The translations under genes and the position numbers were made by a program. 64,000 bases of DNA from Adineta vaga (Eukaryota; Animalia; Rotifera): NCBI GenBank assembly GCA_021613535.1, contig CP075495.1:1736001-1800000 (forward strand), given 5' to 3'. The notes below the pieces were generated by a model that saw only the letters and a list, made by a program, of their open reading frames with translations, did no database searches and had not been told where the DNA came from. Every line of letters begins with the position of its first letter. The first letter of the stretch is position 1. Of the stretch, positions 63,142 to 64,000 are shown piece after piece.

Positions 63142-64000
63142 TTAACAATCTTCAAGAAAGAAATCATTCAAATTTTGATAATAAATTCGATTGTAATTTG
63201 TATTTAATCGATAACAAAGTTCACAAAAACGATAGTGTTCAATATCTTCTGATCGATAGAGAATTTGATATAATCGACGCCATCGATGATATTCTTCAAA
63301 TAATGTTCGATTACGATCGATTTCAATTAGATGTTCAGCTAAATCAGTTATTGTGAGAAAATCTTCTGCAAAAATAAATGATTTTGGTGGTGCTATTCTT
63401 TCTAAATATTGTTTATCACGTGGCCCAAACACAATCGGAATGATTCCAAACGCTAAAGAACGCCAGAATTTCTCCGTAATATAATCTCGACATGATTGTG
63501 ATTCAAATGCTAAATAAAACTTATTTCTTGTAAGTTCATATGTTTCACATTGAGAATGACGAGAACATGTAGTTGTTGTATTTTGTGAAACACATTTACC
63601 ATGTACACGAATAAATGGATAAGAGGAACGAAATTTTAGATAAAAATTAATGCGAGCTTTGGGTTGACAATTACTTATAAACCAAACTGCATTTGCTTGA
63701 CGTGTTTTAAATTGTTTATCGATATAAGAATTAAATTCTTTCAATCGCAAGAATTTATCACGAAAAAGAGTAATACCATAAGCACCGATATTAGCTTCTG
63801 CACTAAGACGATATGATATCGTCCAATTGAATTGATAGGATAGAGCACGTTTTACAATACCACCAGGCTCATCATGCCAAAATAACCAGATTTGATCGGG
63901 ATTACGTTCTTTTGGTAATTGATCAAAATTAATATCACTATGATGCATTAATAAAACATCTGCACTGTTAGATAAACTTCGATTGCATGTATATCTACAT
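63142..64000 (-). CDS. Alpha-1,3/4-fucosyltransferase (GT10), 5'-truncated by the window edge
   Basis: FNWTISYR, AVWFISNC, KFYLAFESQSCRDYITEKFW, APPKSFI..EDF..LA.HL, Y..WR, FCELC. Confidence 0.92.
   Translation of the reverse strand, partial: CRYTCNRSLSNSADVLLMHHSDINFDQLPKERNPDQIWLFWHDEPGGIVKRALSYQFNWTISYRLSAEANIGAYGITLFRDKFLRLKEFNSYIDKQFKTRQANAVWFISNCQPKARINFYLKFRSSYPFIRVHGKCVSQNTTTTCSRHSQCETYELTRNKFYLAFESQSCRDYITEKFWRSLAFGIIPIVFGPRDKQYLERIAPPKSFIFAEDFLTITDLAEHLIEIDRNRTLFEEYHRWRRLYQILYRSEDIEHYRFCELCYRLNTNYNRIYYQNLNDFFLEDC

Noticed and set aside
39501-64000. Fucosidase and fucosyltransferase as a fucose-metabolism cluster
   Set aside because: They are 22 kb apart with many unrelated genes between; both belong to multi-copy families.
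1-64000. CRISPR arrays, rRNA, tRNA, transposase or reverse-transcriptase ORFs, prokaryotic operons
   Set aside because: None recognised; the sequence is spliceosomal-intron-rich eukaryotic DNA. Small structured RNAs cannot be excluded without a covariance-model search.

Overview
Very AT-rich (roughly 30% GC by eye), gene-dense animal DNA with many short GT-AG introns (mostly about 45-65 nt), so the ORF track splits most genes into exon fragments. Core metazoan genes (caspase, NEK6/7, UBE2J2, NAPRT, semaphorin-5, ASPP, Polycomb/CBX, SPATA22, FPPS, claudin-like, GPCR, PACRG-like, GT10 fucosyltransferase) are interleaved with genes of apparently non-animal type: an intronless CYP505/CYP102-type P450-reductase fusion, an intron-containing GH29B fucosidase, a RING-TRAF protein carrying a bacterial-type C-terminal domain, and a cluster of three secreted toxin/effector-like genes at 56.2-59.8 kb. 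This mix is most consistent with a bdelloid rotifer (inference). The first ~6 kb holds decayed genes (chitin-binding, Tudor) and a 104-bp TG..CA element with a 4-bp target-site duplication. Five single-base frameshifts in otherwise intact genes are each repaired by lengthening a homopolymer run, so they are probably assembly errors. Best candidate for an undescribed system: the 56.2-59.8 kb secreted effector-like cluster, which includes an intact/degenerate paralog pair. All family assignments are from motif recognition only; no searches were run.
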